A DNA stretch of 32,000 bases from Edaphobacter aggregans (GTDB taxonomy: Bacteria; Acidobacteriota; Terriglobia; Terriglobales; Acidobacteriaceae), in contig NZ_RSDW01000001.1 in NCBI RefSeq assembly GCF_003945235.1, forward strand, positions 5,460,001 to 5,492,000, given 5' to 3'. The notes under the pieces were generated by a model. The model was given only the letters and a program-made list of their open reading frames with translations. It searched no databases and was not told where the DNA came from. Positions within the stretch are counted from its first letter, which is position 1; every line of letters starts with the position of its first letter. This document shows positions 30,979-32,000 of this stretch, in pieces. Both the position numbers and the translations under genes were made by a program.

Positions 30979-32000
30979 ATGCAGGACAATCCCACACTTA
31001 ATCGAGAACACATCGATCGGATTCGATCAGTGGCGCAGTTGCGTTCCGTGCGTAGTGGAGAAGTTCTCTACGAACCCTCCTGTCCCGATGTTCATCTATT
31101 TGTTGTCTTGGACGGGACAGTCTCAATCGGCAGAACCGGTGAGGATGAGAAGATCCTGGCAATTCGCGAGGCGGGACAGTTCACAGGAGAAATGTCTCTC
31201 ATCTCCGGCAATCGACCGCTCCTCACCGCGCGGGTAACTCAAGACGGTGCCGTCCTTGAGCTTACGCGGGAAAAAGTTCTCTCTCTGATGGCCAAGGATT
31301 CAGAGGTCGGCGACATCCTTATGGGGGCATTCGTTGCGCGTCGCCTGCTGGCGATTCAGCTTGGCGCAGGAAACGTCGTCCTCTTCGGCACCAAGAGTTC
31401 TGCACGTACTCTTGCGCTCAGAGAATTTCTCACCAGAAATGGGCATCCGTTTACCTACATCGATATTGACGCCGACTCCTGCGCCAGCGAGTTGATGGAA
31501 AAACTCGCCGTTCGCAGTGGCGAAATTCCAGTTGTTTATTGCAACAGGCGATATGTGCTGAGAAACCCGTCAATTGCCGAGCTAGCGGCCTGTCTTGATC
31601 TCAACATCAATATCGACAAAGGTGTGCGCGACGTTCTAGTGATCGGTGCAGGCCCAGCAGGGCTCGCAGCGGCAGTGTACGCCGCTTCAGAAGGACTGAA
31701 GACGCTGGTTATTGAGAAGTCAGCACCTGGCGGCCAGGCAGGGTCGAGCTCAAAGATCGAAAACTACCTGGGCTTTCCCACCGGGCTATCTGGACAGGAG
31801 CTCGCGAATCGATCCATCGCTCAAGCGCAGAAATTTGGGGCGCAGTTGATGGTGGCGCAATCAGTCGTACATATCGATTCCAGCCGACAACCATATAAGG
31901 TGGTTTTGGAGTCTGGCCTTAAGTTCAATGCGCGCAGCATCGTGATCGCAACTGGCGCGCAATATGCGCGATTGCCTGTCGAGGAAGCAGACGCCTTCAC
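30979..32000 (+). CDS. Cyclic-nucleotide-binding domain fused to a thioredoxin-reductase-like FAD/NAD(P) oxidoreductase, 3' end off the window
   Basis: Absent from the ORF track because it is edge-truncated. ATG 30979 follows GGAGGCGAGGAG. My translation is open to the window end. It starts MQDNPTLNREHIDRIRSVAQLRSVRSGEVLYEP...FVVLDGTVSI...AGQFTGEMSLISG (cNMP-binding fold) and continues ...RDVLVIGAGPAGLAAAVYAASEGLKTLVIEKSAPGGQAGSSSKIENYLGFPTGLSGQEL (GxGxxG FAD motif, TrxR-like). Confidence 0.85.
   Translation, partial: MQDNPTLNREHIDRIRSVAQLRSVRSGEVLYEPSCPDVHLFVVLDGTVSIGRTGEDEKILAIREAGQFTGEMSLISGNRPLLTARVTQDGAVLELTREKVLSLMAKDSEVGDILMGAFVARRLLAIQLGAGNVVLFGTKSSARTLALREFLTRNGHPFTYIDIDADSCASELMEKLAVRSGEIPVVYCNRRYVLRNPSIAELAACLDLNINIDKGVRDVLVIGAGPAGLAAAVYAASEGLKTLVIEKSAPGGQAGSSSKIENYLGFPTGLSGQELANRSIAQAQKFGAQLMVAQSVVHIDSSRQPYKVVLESGLKFNARSIVIATGAQYARLPVEEADAF

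Overview
The window reads as a chromosomal, paralog-rich glycan-utilisation region. The protein architectures suggest an Acidobacteriota-type genome, which is inference only. The forward and reverse strands carry two large CarboxypepD_reg-type TonB-dependent receptors and several Tat-signal glycosidases: a GH38-like gene (partial), a GH29 fucosidase, a GH95-like giant enzyme and an unassigned six-hairpin GH. They also carry an L-fuconate dehydratase, a ROK kinase, a type-B carboxylesterase, three TPR proteins, a seven-haem cytochrome c-TPR fusion, a PL4-like protein, a decayed IS110 element and an edge-truncated cNMP-binding/thioredoxin-reductase-like gene. The ORF track misses both edge genes (1-1228 minus, 30979-32000 plus), and it over-extends several N-termini because it accepts GTG/TTG starts or reads through leaders. 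No rRNA, tRNA or CRISPR array was found. The noncoding and relic layer is the most notable part. (1) One promoter architecture recurs to the base: an ATCAT-N5-ATGAT palindrome fused to TTGACA, an 18-nt spacer, then TATGAT. (2) A leader of about 115 nt is conserved upstream of two otherwise diverged TonB-receptor genes. (3) A perfect 12-6-12 palindrome is centred on one -10 box. (4) A 505-bp intragenic direct repeat encodes an unassigned domain flanking a CBM6-like module. (5) At least five paralog relics (TBDR 5' end, TPR 3' end, fucD 5' end, repeat-domain fragment, GH38-type promoter/leader) plus the IS110 fossil point to repeated recombination and deletion between paralogous loci. I see no recognisable defence, toxin or secretion system. 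Family assignments rest on motifs I recognise by eye and need HMM or structure confirmation.
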